Shown here: one piece after another, positions 1 to 15,000 of the stretch
Layout of the letters: the number at the start of each line of letters is the position of its first letter
Position numbering within the stretch: position 1 is the first letter of the stretch
Assembly (NCBI GenBank): GCA_963977015.1
Contig: CAXBMO010000005.1
Coordinates: forward strand, 224,001-288,000
DNA: 64,000 nt
Source: an uncultured bacterium
GTDB lineage: Bacteria; Verrucomicrobiota; Verrucomicrobiia; Verrucomicrobiales; DEV007
Direction of reading: 5' to 3'
The notes under the pieces: generated by a model
What the model saw: the letters and a program-made list of their open reading frames with translations, nothing else
Database searches by the model: none
Told to the model about the DNA's origin: nothing
Position numbers and translations under genes: made by a program

Positions 1-3000
1 CAGGTTACCCAGCTCGAAGTCGTCACCGACGTTGCCGGCGAACAAGGTTACCCCTCCTCCGGTCGTGTTCACCGTCAAATCCCGGTCGTGGTCCGCATCG
101 CTGGAATCCAACTTGCCGTTGAAGGTGATGTTGTTTCCAGTCAACACCGCTTCGGTTTGCAACTGAACCGCTCCACCGAAAAGCTGATCACCCGTCGTGG
201 TTACCTGGACGTTGTGATTCGCCACCTCCTCGTAATTGGCGAGAACCCCCGCCGCCCCGACCGAATTCGTATAGATGCGGAATTTGGCGATATCCCCGAT
301 GAACGGCGTCGTAGCGAGACTGCCTTCAGCCGTCGCTCCATTTACCGCGCCCAACCCGGCACCATCCGAGCCTGCCCAGTCGTCGATCAAATTGGTGTCC
401 GTGTCGTTGGACACGTCGTCAGTGGTCGTTGCAGTAATGTTATCATCGACAAAAACCCCGTCGATGTAGATCCTGAGAATGTCCCGGTTCGAATTGTCCC
501 GGTCGTAGGTAAGAAACACCTGGTGAAACTCGCCATCGATCGGCAATGCCGCCGAAACCTGCCCCTGAACGTTGCCATCATCGGCGGTCCAAATGACCTG
601 TTGGTTCACTCCATCGTAAACCACGGAACTTCCGTCCCCGGACCCGCCAGCCTCGAAAATCATCCCGGTGGCCGTGTTGGAAGTCGGGCGAATCCAGAAT
701 TCTAGGCTGGCGTCCGCATCGGTCGGATTCCCCGTCAGGTTGTGGAAATTGCCTCCCACGCCTCCTGACGTTCCGTCGAGCGTGTAGGCATTCAGAATCC
801 CGGTCACACTGGAGTCGTTGACGGGACCAAAACTGATTCCCGCGCCAGACATGTTGAACCGCTCATCGACGGTAGCTCCGCTGGTGCCCTCGAACAGCCC
901 CGAAGTCGCCAACGTCTCTTCGTCCGCATCGAAATTGAGCAACAGCGTCCCGCCGGCAATCGGCGCCGGCCCGCCCAGTTGGGCAAAGCCATTCCCATCC
1001 GTGGTAAGCGAAGTCAACGCAACGCCACTACCGACATCGCCTCGGAAAAGCGTGCTCGCGCTACCCGGAGTGTTCACCGTCAGGGCGAACGCGCCGTCCA
1101 CCGTCGAGCCGAACGTCACGTCACCGCTGGCGTGATTGGACTCCAAATCCACGTCCGTGGTGAGGGTGACGCGGTCGCCGAACGTGATTCCGCCGGAACC
1201 TGCCACAATCACGTTCGCGCCGAGTTGGGTTATGCCGGCAGCGTCAGTTGTGAGCGAACCCAATGCCTCCAATCCGCCGATGATGCTGTCCAAATCGGTC
1301 GTTCCGGAGGCGTTCAGCGTCAGATCGCGGAGGTTCCCCACGTCGGAGTCGATCGTCGCGGCTGCGGCAACGATGATGTTGGTTGCCGTTACCGTGGTGG
1401 TTCCGCCCAGGGTCACCACTCCGTCGAACGTGGCATTGCTTCCCGCATCGATGGCGGCATCCGCACCGAAGGTCAGAGTGTCATTGAAATCTGCGTTGCC
1501 GCCCGCGTTGATGTCTGCCAACCCGCCGAGGAAGTTCGCGGCGGCATTGAAAGTGGCATCGCCCAAAGCCGTCACCGTTCCGGTCGCGTTGAAGGTCGCT
1601 TCGCCGGTGAAGGTGGCGTCGGCCGAAGTCGCCGTTACGGTGGCGTCAGCATTGAAGGTAGAGGTTCCCACGAAACTCACCGATGCGCCATCGATCGCGA
1701 CATTCGCGCTCGTCGTAACGTTGTCGCCCAAGACGATTGCGCCGGACGACGTCACGGCCGTGGTATCAATCGTCGTCGTACCAGCGCTATCCGTAGCCAA
1801 TCCACCCAGCGGAGTGCTACCGCCAATGATTCCGTTGAAATCGGTCACACCCGCCGTGTTCACGGTGAGCGAGCCCGGGGCTGCGGCAGCCGGGTCCGCA
1901 TCAATCGTCTTGCCGGTCCCGAACGTCACGTTGCCCAGCGCGCCTCCGCCACTCGATTCAACGACCGTGGCGATACCAAGGGAAAGGTCGTTGCCAAACG
2001 TCTGGGTTTGGGTGGTCTTGATCTGGATCTCGGTCTGACCACCAGCTTGGACCGCGTTGAAGTTGTTTTGGATTTGGCCGGAAGGTCCACTCGTCAACAC
2101 GCCGCTGTAGAGGCGGAATGCCGCAATTTGACCGTCAAACGGCCGGTATCCCTGCGCACCGCCGCCAAATCCGCCCATGTTGGCACCGCCGACGGTGCCA
2201 AGACCCGAAGGATCGCCTCCATCCCAATCGCTCAATGCGCCGTCCTTGACATCGCTTCCCACCGATGTGCCGTTGACGAACAGTTCGACGGTCTTGGTGC
2301 TGACATCGAGCGTCCCGATCACCTGGATGAAGTCATCGGAAGCGGGGTCGTAACCTGAGCCAGGAGTAACGCCGTCGCCACCGAAGATGCCGCTCGGATC
2401 CAGATCCAGATCATAGACGACTGTTCCTTTGTTGGGCGCCGAGCCCTGAATCACCTGGAAAATCAGATTGCTGCCATCCAGCCCGAATCCCGTTCCCGTG
2501 CCTCCGCCGGTTTCCCAAATCACCTCTTTCCCGGTCAAATCATCCGGCTTGAGCCAGAACTCGAAGGTGACGTCGCTGACATCCACATCGGGAACGCCCA
2601 GCAAGGTGTGATTCACATCCTGCGGCGCCTCATCATTGCCACCAGTCTGCAATTCCAACCCCGCAAGTCCACGCTGATTGTCCGCCGAACTCCCAGTCGC
2701 TCCAGGCAGGACGTAGGCCCCGGTGATTCCCGCGAAACCGGCCGAAGGATTTGAGGCAAACGTCACCACCGAATCATCGATCAACAGGTTGAACGGTTGC
2801 CCGTTCACCGTGGCGCTGCCGCCCACCGCGCTGCCGAGATCCGGAACCAAATTATCCGCCGTGTTGGGATCGAATGAGGCGTCAAAATTGAAGATGATGC
2901 CGCCGCCGGTTTGAAGATTGTCCAGCACCGTGTTGCCAATGACATGGGTCGTCCCGGTCGATCCGGTATCCAGCGAGAGCAACTCGGAGGTGTTCCCCAC

Positions 3001-6000
3001 GTGATCCTTGAACGTAAGAGTGCCGGCGGCCCCCAGGCTGGTCGCCAGGCTGCGTGGCGTCCCATCCGAATCGACCGTTCTCTGGAACGTGACGTCGTTG
3101 CCGGTCAGGGTCGTGTCCGCGCCCAGAATGACCGCGCCGTTGTAGTCCTGATTCGCCGTGCCCGTGTTCACAGCTCCACCGTTCAAGTTGATTGCCTCCG
3201 CGTTGACCGTCACCGGCCCGTCAAAGGTCAGTGCGGTTCCAAAGGTGACCGTATCACCCGCCGCCGTCTCATTTTCCCCGGCGTTGACGATGAGTCCTTC
3301 CACCGCCGTTTTATCGACCCGAATCGTATTGCCATCGACCCGCTCGAATCCCGATGACGTCGTCAGCGCCAGATTCGCATCCTGAATCACGTAATGCGTA
3401 CCGTCATCGGTGATGGTCAAGGCATCGTCGGAATCGTTGTTGATGTCCGTGATGACAAGGTTGTTGCCCACTTTTTCAACGCTGGTCTCCGCCGAGCCGA
3501 AGCTGTTCAACACCACGTCGTTGCCATCACCTCCCGCGTAATTGATCTGGAAGGTGTAAACATCGGTGCCGAACGTCAGGTCAAAGGCCTCGCTCAGCCC
3601 GGTCGCCCCCACTTCGGGGTAGTTGCTGAAGCTGCCGGTTACCGCGTCCGCGGTGCCGTCATTCGCGATCAGAACGTGGGAATTGCCGCTCGCCGCCGCG
3701 TAGTTCAGAGTCAGGAGCAGATTCGAATTGGAGATATCCACCGCCTGATCAGCCGCCGTGCCGTCTTCGACCGTGATGGAATCGTTCACGCCATTGCCAT
3801 CGAGCGCGATTTCAATCGCGCCGCCGGTGACGTTGAAATCACCGTCCACCGTCATCGTGTCGATCGCGCCGTCAGCGCCAATTTGCAACGTGCCGCCAGT
3901 CTGATTGTAGGTCACGCCAAAATCGTTCACATCCTTCAGCAAACCCGTTCCACTAACCGTGAACGTCTCCGCTCCAGCCCGGTTGATGACGTCCTGGCCG
4001 CTCAAATCGAGCACCCCGCCGCTCAGATTCACCGAAGACGCTCCTGCGGCGAGCGAATCCAGATTGAACGCGGTTGTCACCGTGACCGTTCCGTCGGTGA
4101 TGTTCACCGTCGAGGCGCCGTCCGCCAGGTTGATCGTGCCCACCGTGAGGTCGCCGCCGTTGTGATTCAGCGTGCCGGTGGTGTTTTGCGTATTCGAGGA
4201 GGTGCCGCCGTCATTGGCATTCGCCAATGTGATGGAGTTCGCGGTAATGGTGCCCGCGTTGTAGGTCAGCGTGCCCTTGCCGCTCCCACTACTATTCTGA
4301 TGCTGACCGAGGGCCAGCTCATCAAGCGTCGCCTTGAAGGTGGCGCCGGTCATGTCGAAGATGCCGACCGCGTTGTTCCCCGTGCTCACGTCATTATCGC
4401 CGATGAGTAGATTGGCTGCGGTATTCGCATCCCCCGTCAGATTCAGTGTCCCGCCTCCAGCGATATCGACCGTGCCCAGGCTCTTCTCGCTGCCGACTTC
4501 AAAGGTATCGACATCCACCGTGTTGATGGTGCTGCCAAAGGTCAGCGTGCTGGTGACGGCATCGTTGCCGTGCGTCGCCGAATTGCCGACCCGGACCGTG
4601 CTCGCGGTAATCGCGTTGTTGCCCACGTTGGAAAGATCCACCGTGCCGAATGTGCCACCGCCGCCAGAGCCGCCGGCCATATCACCGATGAGCACCTGCG
4701 TTACGTTGATCGCAACCGAATCCGCCGCGGTCAGATCCAGCGTCCCAACTCCGGCCGGAATCCCGGTGTCGCTGCCGGTACGGGTTCCCACTTCCAATTG
4801 GCCGCCGTTCACGACGTCTCCGATGGTCACGGCCCCGCCTTGAACCGTCACCGTGGCGTTCTTCGCGGGTTCTCCGGCATTGCTCGCGTCCTGTTTCGCA
4901 ATGTGCAAGGTATCCACCTGCAGACCGGCCGCCGTGACTGTAAACTGTCCGTTCTCGATGTTCAGGGTGCTGGTCTGGGTCTCGGTGACGCCGTTGGCGA
5001 CGGTAAAGGAGCCGCCGCGCTGGGTAATCGTGCCCGAGGAATTTCCCGTGCTGGTGGCGAGCGCCACCGTATTCGCGGTGACCGTGCCCGCATCGAAGAT
5101 CAACGTCCCGATCCCGGCACCGCTACCACCGACGTGGCGTCCCAAATTCAAGGTGCCAAACGCGGCGTTCAGCGTCGCGCCGGAGGCATCGATCACCCCG
5201 TGGGCCTGGTTTCCGGTGCTCCCGTTGACATTCCACCCAAGATTGGCATTGGTCGCCGCTCCGGTGTCGCCGGAGATGTTCAACTCTCCACCTGCGGTGA
5301 TGGTAATTTTGCCCTGGGCCTTGCCGTCGCCAAGGGTCAGGGTATCCACATTGAGATCGTTCGTGCCGCTGCCGAACTGAATCTCAGAAATGATGTCGGC
5401 AACATTCGTCCCATTGTTGCTCTCATTTCCCGTGCCGGGAGATCCTCCCACAATCATGGTCGTAGTGTTGACCGTATTGGCTCCGGAGTCAGACAACAGC
5501 AGGGCACCATGCACCTTGAACTGCCCTGCCCCACCGGTGAGCCGTCCCATCAGGGTGCTGGCCACATTGATGGTTACGCCGGATGCGGAGGAGAAGTCCA
5601 CCGTCGCCGTGGCATCGTTCGTCACATCGGCATCCCGATTACCGATGGCGAGGGTTTCCGTGCCATTTCCAACCGAAACGGCGCCAGCGCTCACCACCAG
5701 GCTGGAATCAGTGCCCGCATCTTCGCCAACCCGGAGCGTATCAAGCGCCAGTCCGTCGCCGACTGTCATCGTGCCTTCATCAATCAGCAACTGACCCGCG
5801 CCCGCGCCATTGGTCACCCCGTTGGTCACGTTCACATTACCTTGGTTAATGACCTGAAGCGTTCCCGCATCAATCGCGACGGAATCCGTATTTGAAATCG
5901 CCCCGCCGTCGACCTGAAGAGTACCGGCGTTCACCGCCGTGGTACCGGAATAGGAGCTAGCGCTCGTCAGAGCCATCGTGCCCGCACCGTTCTTGACGAT

Positions 6001-9000
6001 TTCCCCTGCCGCACCGGTGCCGGCCTGGTCCATCAGGTTCCCAGCTACAATCAAGTCCGCACTGGCATCGCCCGTCACATCCGCCACATTGAATACCGTA
6101 GCCGCGCTCAGGTGAATCGCCCCGTTGGTACCGGACGTGGTGATGGTGGACGCGGTGGTTCCGCCAACGGTGACATCTCCTTCAATGAAGAAGGTCTGGT
6201 AGGCGGCACTCACCCCGCCATTGGAGGCCAAAGTGCCGCCATTTAGCGTCACATCGTTGAGAACGGTGAAGGAGTTGTTGCTCGTAACCGTACCACCTGC
6301 ATTGATGACAAGCGTGTTGGTCGGCGACGGGCTCGAGGCCCGCCCAAACGCGTTGTACGAGGTGAACCGTAGCTCTCCTCCATTGTTCACAGTTACCGTT
6401 TTGGTACCGGTTCCGAGGAGGTATTCCCGACTTCCACTGGAGCTCCCAGCTTCAAGAACACCCCCATCCACCACCACATCCCCGGTGAAACCCGCATTGG
6501 TGCCGTCTCCGGCAGAGTCGATGGTCAACGTACCGTCGCCGGTCTTCGTCAACTCGCCACTCCCGGTAATCGCCCCCTTGATCTCACTGGCCGTGGAGGT
6601 GCTGCTGTTGGAAACCGTCAAGGCGTTCGTCCCCAGGGCAACCGAGCTCTCGAAGGTGACGCTTTCCCCGCTGACCTGCACATTGCCCCCGAGCGTGACA
6701 GCGCCGTTGTAAGTCTGATCGCCCGTGGCCGTGGTCACATCGGCGTCCAGATTGATCGTCTCCGCAGTGATGCTGAGGTCTCCCGGCAGGCTGGTGAAGC
6801 CGTTCAGGGTCACGGAATCGGTCCCCGCGCCGGTGTTGACGGAAAGCGAGCCTCCACTGAAGTCTGCGATCGCCACCGTCACCGTGTTGGTTCCGCTGCC
6901 ACTACCGACAGCGCTGTAAAGCAGGTTGCTCGAATCGGTGAAGGTGATGTTGGTCCCGTCACTGGTGATGACGAGGGTGTCGTCCACGTTTGTCTGCCGA
7001 TCAAAAACCAGATCATTCGAACCATCGACATAGATGAACCCGACGGAGGTGCTCAAGGTCACGCTGTCGGAGGCCGAGTCAGCAAAGGTTCCGGTGCCGC
7101 CAGTCTGACCGGTGATGTCGACCGCATTTCCGGTTCCCGGGGTCACCACGCCATCCCAAGGCAAGGCGGTGAGGCTGCCCGGAGCGCCGGAGTAACCGGC
7201 AGCGGGCACGAAACGCAGACTGTAGGTGTCCTCAACCACGGTGGCGTTGGTGGTGGCATCGACCGTGGTGGGGATGGCCGTCCAGCCGCCGCCCACGTTG
7301 TCATTGAATTCCCAGGTTCCCTCCGCCGCCGTCGACGCGTTGCCGACAATGGCCACGCCCGCAAAGCTCGCCCCATCGTCCACATCGGCAAAATTGGTCG
7401 CGAAGAGGTTGGCAACGGTGTCGCCGGATGGATTGGCGTCGGTTTGCGGTATCAGAGCCAGTTCAGCCGTGCTGTCGCCGTTGTTCGTCGGCGCGTCGTT
7501 CGCACCGTCGACCGTCACTTCGACCCGTGTCCCGAAGAGGGACTGGGCCGGGCCTGTGCCGGTGGGTGCGGCAAGGCTGACTTCCTGCAACGCCCAGGCG
7601 TCGAGCGCTGCACCGTCTTCGCGCGGTTGGATCCGCAGGGTGTAGGTTCCCTCTGCGAGGTTAAACGTGTTCGGGGTCCCGCTGCCGGGGCTGGTGCTTT
7701 CCGGGTTCCCCGAGCCATACCAAGTGAACGTGGAGGAGCTGTTGGTTTGAATTGCGTACCAATCCTGGTTCACATCACCAGCTCCGCTGGTTCCATCCTG
7801 AAGCTCGACAATCCCTGCGTAGATCGAGTCGCTGCTGCCATCATATCCGGCCGCGTGGATGTAAAGCCGATAGGTTCCTGCCGTGGTGATGTTGATCTTG
7901 TAATCCACGAACGGTCCCTCCACCATCACGCCGCCAATTCCGGCCCCATTGGGATGCTCCAGGAATGTGCCCGTGCGCGAGCCGCTGAATCCGGTGGTCT
8001 CATCGGTCCAACCCAACCCGCCGGGAGCCGCGACGTTGGACTGGAAGTTCACCGCATCACCCGCAACGACGCCACCCACCTCCTGGAACTGGCCAATGTC
8101 GTTACCGGCCGCATCGCTGGAGATGTGGACGAAAGAATCCGTGTCCGAGTCTCCCAAGGCGAGGTTTTCGAACTGACCATTGGGATCGTAAGTCACCGTA
8201 TCACCACCGGCATCAACCGTAACCGTCCCCGTTGTCCCCGTCGTATCGATCGACGCAATCGTGACATCTCCCGCGTCCCCTTCAACGCTGGGGTCAGCCA
8301 GAGCGAGGGTGTCTCCGGAGCTGTCCTCGCTCACCGTCGCGGTGTTGGGAGCGAAGCCCGCGCCAAGGTGATTCACCTCGATGGCTCCGAGATCCCGAGC
8401 CGGATCATCCCCCGCGATGCGCGTCGTGCCGCGTTGATCGGCGGCAATGACCGAATTGGTTGCTGCATTGGCCGCCCCACCGGTGCTGGCCGGCAGGTGA
8501 CTCTGCATCCCCGCAATTCCTGCGGCGGCCGCCAGAGCGTTGAGCGTGGCGGGTCCGCCATTTTCCGACAGAGCACCCAAATCGGGATCAACCACAATGC
8601 GGCCATCGGTATCGCCGCTCAAGGTACCGCCCTGACGGACGCCAAGCAGGTTTTCCCCCGCGAGTACGATGTTGCCGTTGGTGTCGCCATCCCGATTGGT
8701 GTTGTCGATATCGCGATGGTTACCAAACACGATGCTGTTTTCGATCGTGATCGTTGAACTTCCACGCTGAATCCCGCCGCCATTCCGGGTTGCCCCGTTG
8801 TCGGAGACGGTGACGTGGTTCAGGTTCACCGTCGAGGCATTGGTAAAGTAGATTGCGCCGCCATCGCGGTCGTTTACGAAGGCGCCACCGCCATTTCCGT
8901 TGATGCCGGCCCGGTTACCACTGAAGGTTACGTTGGTCGCGGTGAGGGACGAACCGTCCGTCTCCCCCCAGATCGCGCCGCCGTGACCATCCGAAGTGTT

Positions 9001-12000
9001 GCCGGACACTTCCCCGTTTACGAGGACAATCGTCCCGCGATTGGCCGTGGAAATCGCGCCGCCACGCCCCCGGCCTTCATTGCCGTCGGAATCGGTGCTG
9101 TTGCCGCGAAGGATGAAGTTGGTGAGATGTAAGAGACCGTCGTCCACGTAAACCCCTCCGCCGCGGCCATAGGAATGGTTGTCGGCAATGATGACGTTGC
9201 TTCCCGTGAAAGAAGCCTCCGCGCCACCCAGGTAGATGGCGCCACCACGGCGATCCTGACCGGTGGAACTGACGGAGGCCGCGGTGTCGAGATCGTAATT
9301 CGTGCGGTTGTCCGTGAACACCACCGAATCGCCCGTCACCGTGCCTGCGGAATAAATTGCACCGCCGTATTCGGTGCGAACCGCGTTGCCCGTGAAGGTG
9401 ACGTCCTGCAGGGTCAACTTCGATTGATCGGAAGCCAGGTAGATCGCGCCGCCCCGCCGGTTCGATTCATTGCGCAGCACGTCGACACTGGTCAGGTTGA
9501 CGATCGAAGCGTTCTGCTGCATGATCGCGCCGCCCGTCCGCGGCGACCGGTTATCGGCAATGGTCGCATCAGTGATATTGACCGTCGTATTCGCGTGCGT
9601 GATGAAAATCGCGCCGCCACCGCGATTGTCGTCGTTGGTCTCCACGGTGGTGTTGTTGGAGATTGTCGAGGTCTTGATCCCGGGCGTGCTGGAATTAATG
9701 GTGATCACCGAGGAACGATCGCCGTATATCGCGCCCCCCCGACCTTCGGCATTGTTGTTTGTGAGGGAGGCATCCGTCAGGTTGACCTTTGAGCCGCCGG
9801 TCACGTAGATCGCGCCGCCGACGTGGTTGCCGGGATTGGCGACATAGTCGCGATCTCCCGCATGGTTGAAGGTAAAGCTCGAGTTGGTGGAATTAAACGT
9901 TCCAGCCCTTACGGCGACGCCTCCACCATGTTGATTAATGGAACTGTTTTGCGTGATCGTCCCATTGTCAAAATTCACGGTGACAGCACCTTCCAGCATC
10001 AAACCACCACCGTCGTCCTCGCTGAAGTTGCCTTGAATGGTGGTGCCGTCAAAATTGACGGTAACCGCTCCCTTGATCGACAGACCAGCCCCATCGTCGT
10101 CCGCGTAGTTGCCGAAATCGATTTTCCCATCGCCCGCCTGAGGTCCTCCAATCAATCCGCCGACGAAATTCACCGTGTTGTTGGTCCCTGCAATCATTCC
10201 GCCGCCGCCATCGCGGTCGGTATTGGTCGCCTGAGCCGCGAAAGCAACGTTGTCAAAACTGGTGGCGGCATCCGTGTCCTGCGCGGTGTTCTCGACCACG
10301 TTTCGTTGAATCGTGACGTTTTCGAACGTCGCCGTGTGGTCGCTTCCCACCAGGATGAAGCCGCCGCCGTCATCTTTCGTGGAGTTGTCGAGAATGGAGA
10401 CGTTCTTGAGTTCCAGAACGTTGTTCTGACCCGTGAAGTAGAATCCACCACCATCAGCCGTACCATCGTCGTTGAACGAGGCCTTGTTGGCCGAGACTTC
10501 CACGCCATCCATGACGACGGTCGTTGTGGACGCGATGTTGCCGGTCGCAAGAAATCCGCCGCCATGATCGCCGGCAATGTTTTCGCTAATTTTGCCGCCG
10601 GTCATGACCACCGTAGATCCCCGAAGCCCACTGCTCGTTGCGTAAAAACCCCCACCTTGGTTGCCGCTGCCTCGAATCGCCTGGTTGCCAACGATTTCCA
10701 CGTTGGTCAGAATCACGGTGGCTCCATCAGCGCGAAACCCCGCCCCGTGGTCGTTGTCCACAGTGACTCCGCCGGTGATGGTAAGACCGCTGAAAAACGC
10801 CGTGACCGCAGGTTGAATGTCGAAGACCCGGCCGATTCCGCCGCCATCGATGATGGTGTTCGCGGCGCCATTGCCCTTAAAAACGATCGCGCCGTTGGTC
10901 TTCCTGAGGTCGTAGTCTTCCCCGGCGTTGTTGTTTTCGTCTCCCGTCGTACTCAGGGAGGTGACGATGTTGCTGGTATCGAGCGCGGAATTGAAGGTGA
11001 TGACAAAATCCCCGGCGCCACTGGCGTTGGCAATGTTGATCGCCTCGCGCAGCGAAACCGAACCATCGGTGTCGGAAGTGGTCTCGATCGTCCCGGTTTC
11101 CACCAGCGTGTTGACTTCGATCGTCCCGGCGGCCGGGGTCATGGGACTCGCCAGCGGATTGAACACGGTGATGGTGTCGGACTGCGTCACCGTTTGATTG
11201 GTCGTCAAATCCGTGACAGTGAGAGTCACCGTCCAGGTTTCGGAAACCGTTTCCGCGCTGGCAATGGTGTGGGTAAAGCTGACGGCGTCCGTTTCGTTTT
11301 CGGCGGGATCGACCGCCGTGGAGTTGGTGGCGGTGAAAATGTCGGAAGTTCCGTCGTTCACCGTCCACGCGAACTGAACATCTCCCGCGCCGGTGGAGTT
11401 GGCCACGGCATCCAGGTTGATCTCGACTCCGCTAACGCCTAAAGCTGGCAGATTAAGCGCGTCCAGAGTCAAGGCGGTGGCGAGTCCGTTCAACTCGACG
11501 GCCCCGCGATCGCTCGAGGCAGTCGTTCCGCCGTTCGCCGGGCGGCCCGCTCCCGTTTGATCCGCCGCGAGGACTTCCGTGGTGACGGCGTCCACGATAT
11601 TGGAGGCACCGGCGTCCGGGATGTAAACCTGGACGTGAGCGGTTGCCGAAGTCGCCGCGCTCGAGCCCGCATTGGAGGCTCCCACCAGGAAGGCGTTGCT
11701 CAGCGCGTTGAGGGTGGCATTCGTGTTGCCCTGGTAGGTATCGACCAGGTTAAGCGCGGTTGCACCCTGAGTGCCGCCCACATTGCGCGCCGCTCCGGCG
11801 TTGTTCTCGTTTTGGGTAACGACCGAGGCAACCACGTTCACGTTGTGGGCATCGCGCCGGATTCCCGCGCCATTGTTGGCGACGTTTTCGGAGAATGTGG
11901 TGTGAGTCAGGTTGGAGATGCCCCGCCGGTTGTACCAGCCTCCACCATTCCGATTCTGGACGTAATCCGGAGTTGTATCGCCGCCTTCCGCCCGGGTAAA

Positions 12001-15000
12001 TCCGGCGTAGTTGCCGGAAAACGTGCTGTTTTCCACTGTGCTGCGCAAATTCCAGTCCCAGCTGGCCACACCACCGCCATGATCGCGGGCCACGTTTCCA
12101 GCGACGGTCGAATTCGTCATCGTGAACTGAACGTCGTTCTGCATCATCAAGCCTCCGCCGTATTGGGTAGCCTCATTATCCAAAATCGCGGAATTGTGAA
12201 CGTCCAGCTTCGTTCTTCCGACCACTCGGATACCACCACCATGTGAGTTGACGGTTCGGACAGTGCCCGCGGAGTCGTAGCCCGCCAAGTTTCCTTGAAT
12301 GAGCGAACCACTAATCAAAACCTTGGAGTCATCGTTGATGTGGAGTCCGCCTCCGTCATCCCGCGCAATGTTATCAGAGACAGTACTGTCAATCAGTTCC
12401 AAAACGGTGCGTTCCCGGCCATAAATCCCGCCGCCTTCAGAGCCCCCGTTTCCGCTGCCGGTTGCCGTGGTAACATCCCCAATACTATAAGTGTGGGTAG
12501 TTTGAACGACCGAATATCCGCTTGCGGTGGTCTTGTTGATCCCGGTCTTGTTTCCCGTAATGATCGTGTTCTCGAAACGCACCAAAATGGGCTCGCCTTC
12601 GATGTAGACGCCACCGCCGCGATCCCAAGAGACATTGCTAGAGATCACCGAATCGGTGAAGATCACATCGGACCGGTTATCAAGAAACAGCCCGCCACCG
12701 TCATCATCGTTGCCGTCTCCTGCGGCGTTTTGATCAATCGTGACGTGATCGCCACGCAGAATTCCGTTGTTGTTACGAATTCCTCCGCCATCGCCGACAT
12801 CGGAGATGTTGTTCTGAATGGTGACATAGCTGAGATTGAATTCGGAGATCTCGGAATTGTTGTTCAACGCTCCCCCACCGGCACGTGCGTAGTTGCCGGA
12901 AATCGACACCGCCTGAGTCGATGTGCCGATGATGTTAACCACACTACCGTTGGAGCTGTTCGTAATCGCGCCGCCCCACTCCGCACGGTTGTTGGTGAAA
13001 GTGGAGTTGCCCGAAATATTCAGAACCGACTGATCGCTGTTGAAAACGGCGCCGCCTGATCCCTGAAGCGTCCCGTCACCGCCCGCGTAGGTTCCGTTTT
13101 GCCGGCTGGTCTCATTGGCTTGGAAGGTGACGTTTTCCAGATTGACGATGCCGCCCAGATAGTTCCAAAGCGCTCCACCACTGCGGTCGGAGTTGTTATA
13201 GATGGTGTAGTTCCCCTCCCAAGTGTTCCCATCCGCGTTCACCGTGCCGCCCTGATTGAATCCACCACCGCCATGGCCCCAAGCATAGTTGTTCCGAACG
13301 TCACTGTTGGCATCAAGATTCAAGATGCCGCCGTCCCCATTGAAGAATCCGCCACCATGACCGTCGCGCCGGTTCGCCCCATTCAGATCCAGGGTGTAGT
13401 TGCCCTCAATATCGGTATTCACCAAGGTCATCGTGCCGTGGTTGTAAATGCCGCCACCGTAAAAGTCTTCAGCCACGTTATTGCTGATGATCGAATCGGT
13501 CAGATTCATGATCGCCCCTTCGTGCGCGTTGTAAACACCACCGGCCCGATCGCGAGCCAGGTTGGAGTCGATGGTCACCCTCGTGCCATCAATCCGTGAC
13601 CCCGCCTGCTCGTTGTGGATCGCCGCTCCGTAGCGGGCGTCGTGGTTCGTTATCGTAACATCCGTCAGCGTCACCCGCCCCTCGACCCGATTTCGCAACG
13701 CACCGCCGTCGAAATCCGCATCGTTGTTGTCGAAAACCAGATCCGTGCCGCCAAATCCGCCCTCCACGAACAACGTCGCCCCGTCGTTGTAGATCCCCGC
13801 GCCGTTGTCCGCAGTGTTGTTGCGAATCTGGGAGTTGGTGCTGCCGCTGCCCGTAATGGTGAGGGTCGTCCCCACATTCGCCCGCGCCGCCCCACCATTG
13901 ATGGCCGCGATGTTCCCGTTGAAATCAACGCCCTCAAACGTGGCTTCACCTCCGACGCTCCACATGTAGAAGCCAGCTCCGTCTCGTGCTTCGTTCCCCG
14001 AGATCTCGCCGCCGGTCCACGTCGTCCGTGCCGCGCTACCATTGCTGAACAACCCACCGCCACCTGCGGTTTCGTTCCCGCCATTGCGATTCGCCTTGTT
14101 GCCGATCAGGTCGGAATCGGTCGCAACAATCGTCCTGCTGTTGTTATAAATGCCGCCTCCACGGGCATTGGTGCTGTTGTCGACCGTATCCTGCACCTCG
14201 TTGCCGGAAACGGCGACCCGGGTCAGGGTCAGCGTGCCACCGTTGTGGTAAATTCCCGCGCCATCGCCCTCGGTGAGGAAACCACCCGTGATCGTGAGAT
14301 CCTGGAAGGTGACGTTTGCGCCGTTCGTGATGTTGAACACCCGGCTTAGCCCACCCGCGTCAATAAAGGTCTGTCCTTTGCCCTGTCCCGCAATCGTGAT
14401 GATCCGGTTACCTCCGATCGCGTTTCCGTCGATTGTGATTTGGCCGTTGGTCAGGTCGTAAGTGTCAACTTGATCAAGCGTAACCGTGTCTCCATCCACA
14501 GCCTGCGCGATCGCCGCCCGCAAATCGGTGCCGGAACCATCATCGGCAGTGTTGGAAACCGAAACATCCGCGTGCGCCACATGAGCAACGCTACCAACCA
14601 CGGCATCATCGGCCTGTCCTTCAACCGGCAGCCGCCGCTCACCTTCCGCGTAACCTCCATACATCAATTCCCCAAAATTCTCGGGCAGGTAGGTATCCGC
14701 CAGTCCCAACGCGTGCCCCTGCTCGTGTAAAACCACGCTCAGCAAATCCACTCGATCCTCAGCCTCCCCAATGGCTGCGAACAACCGGGATTCAGGCCCT
14801 CTCGAAATGAATTCCACATCGTCCATCGGCGTGGAATCGACAAACCAGCTCATCCCCGACGCATCGTCGTCAATCCGGATGATGTTGTTCGCCCCGTCAT
14901 ACTGAGCGAGCGACAGCCCTGCCAGATCCCCGATCTCATAGGTAACGTTGGCCAGGGCCAGTGATTGCTCCTCCGTCAAGCCCGCCAAATGCCAGCGTTC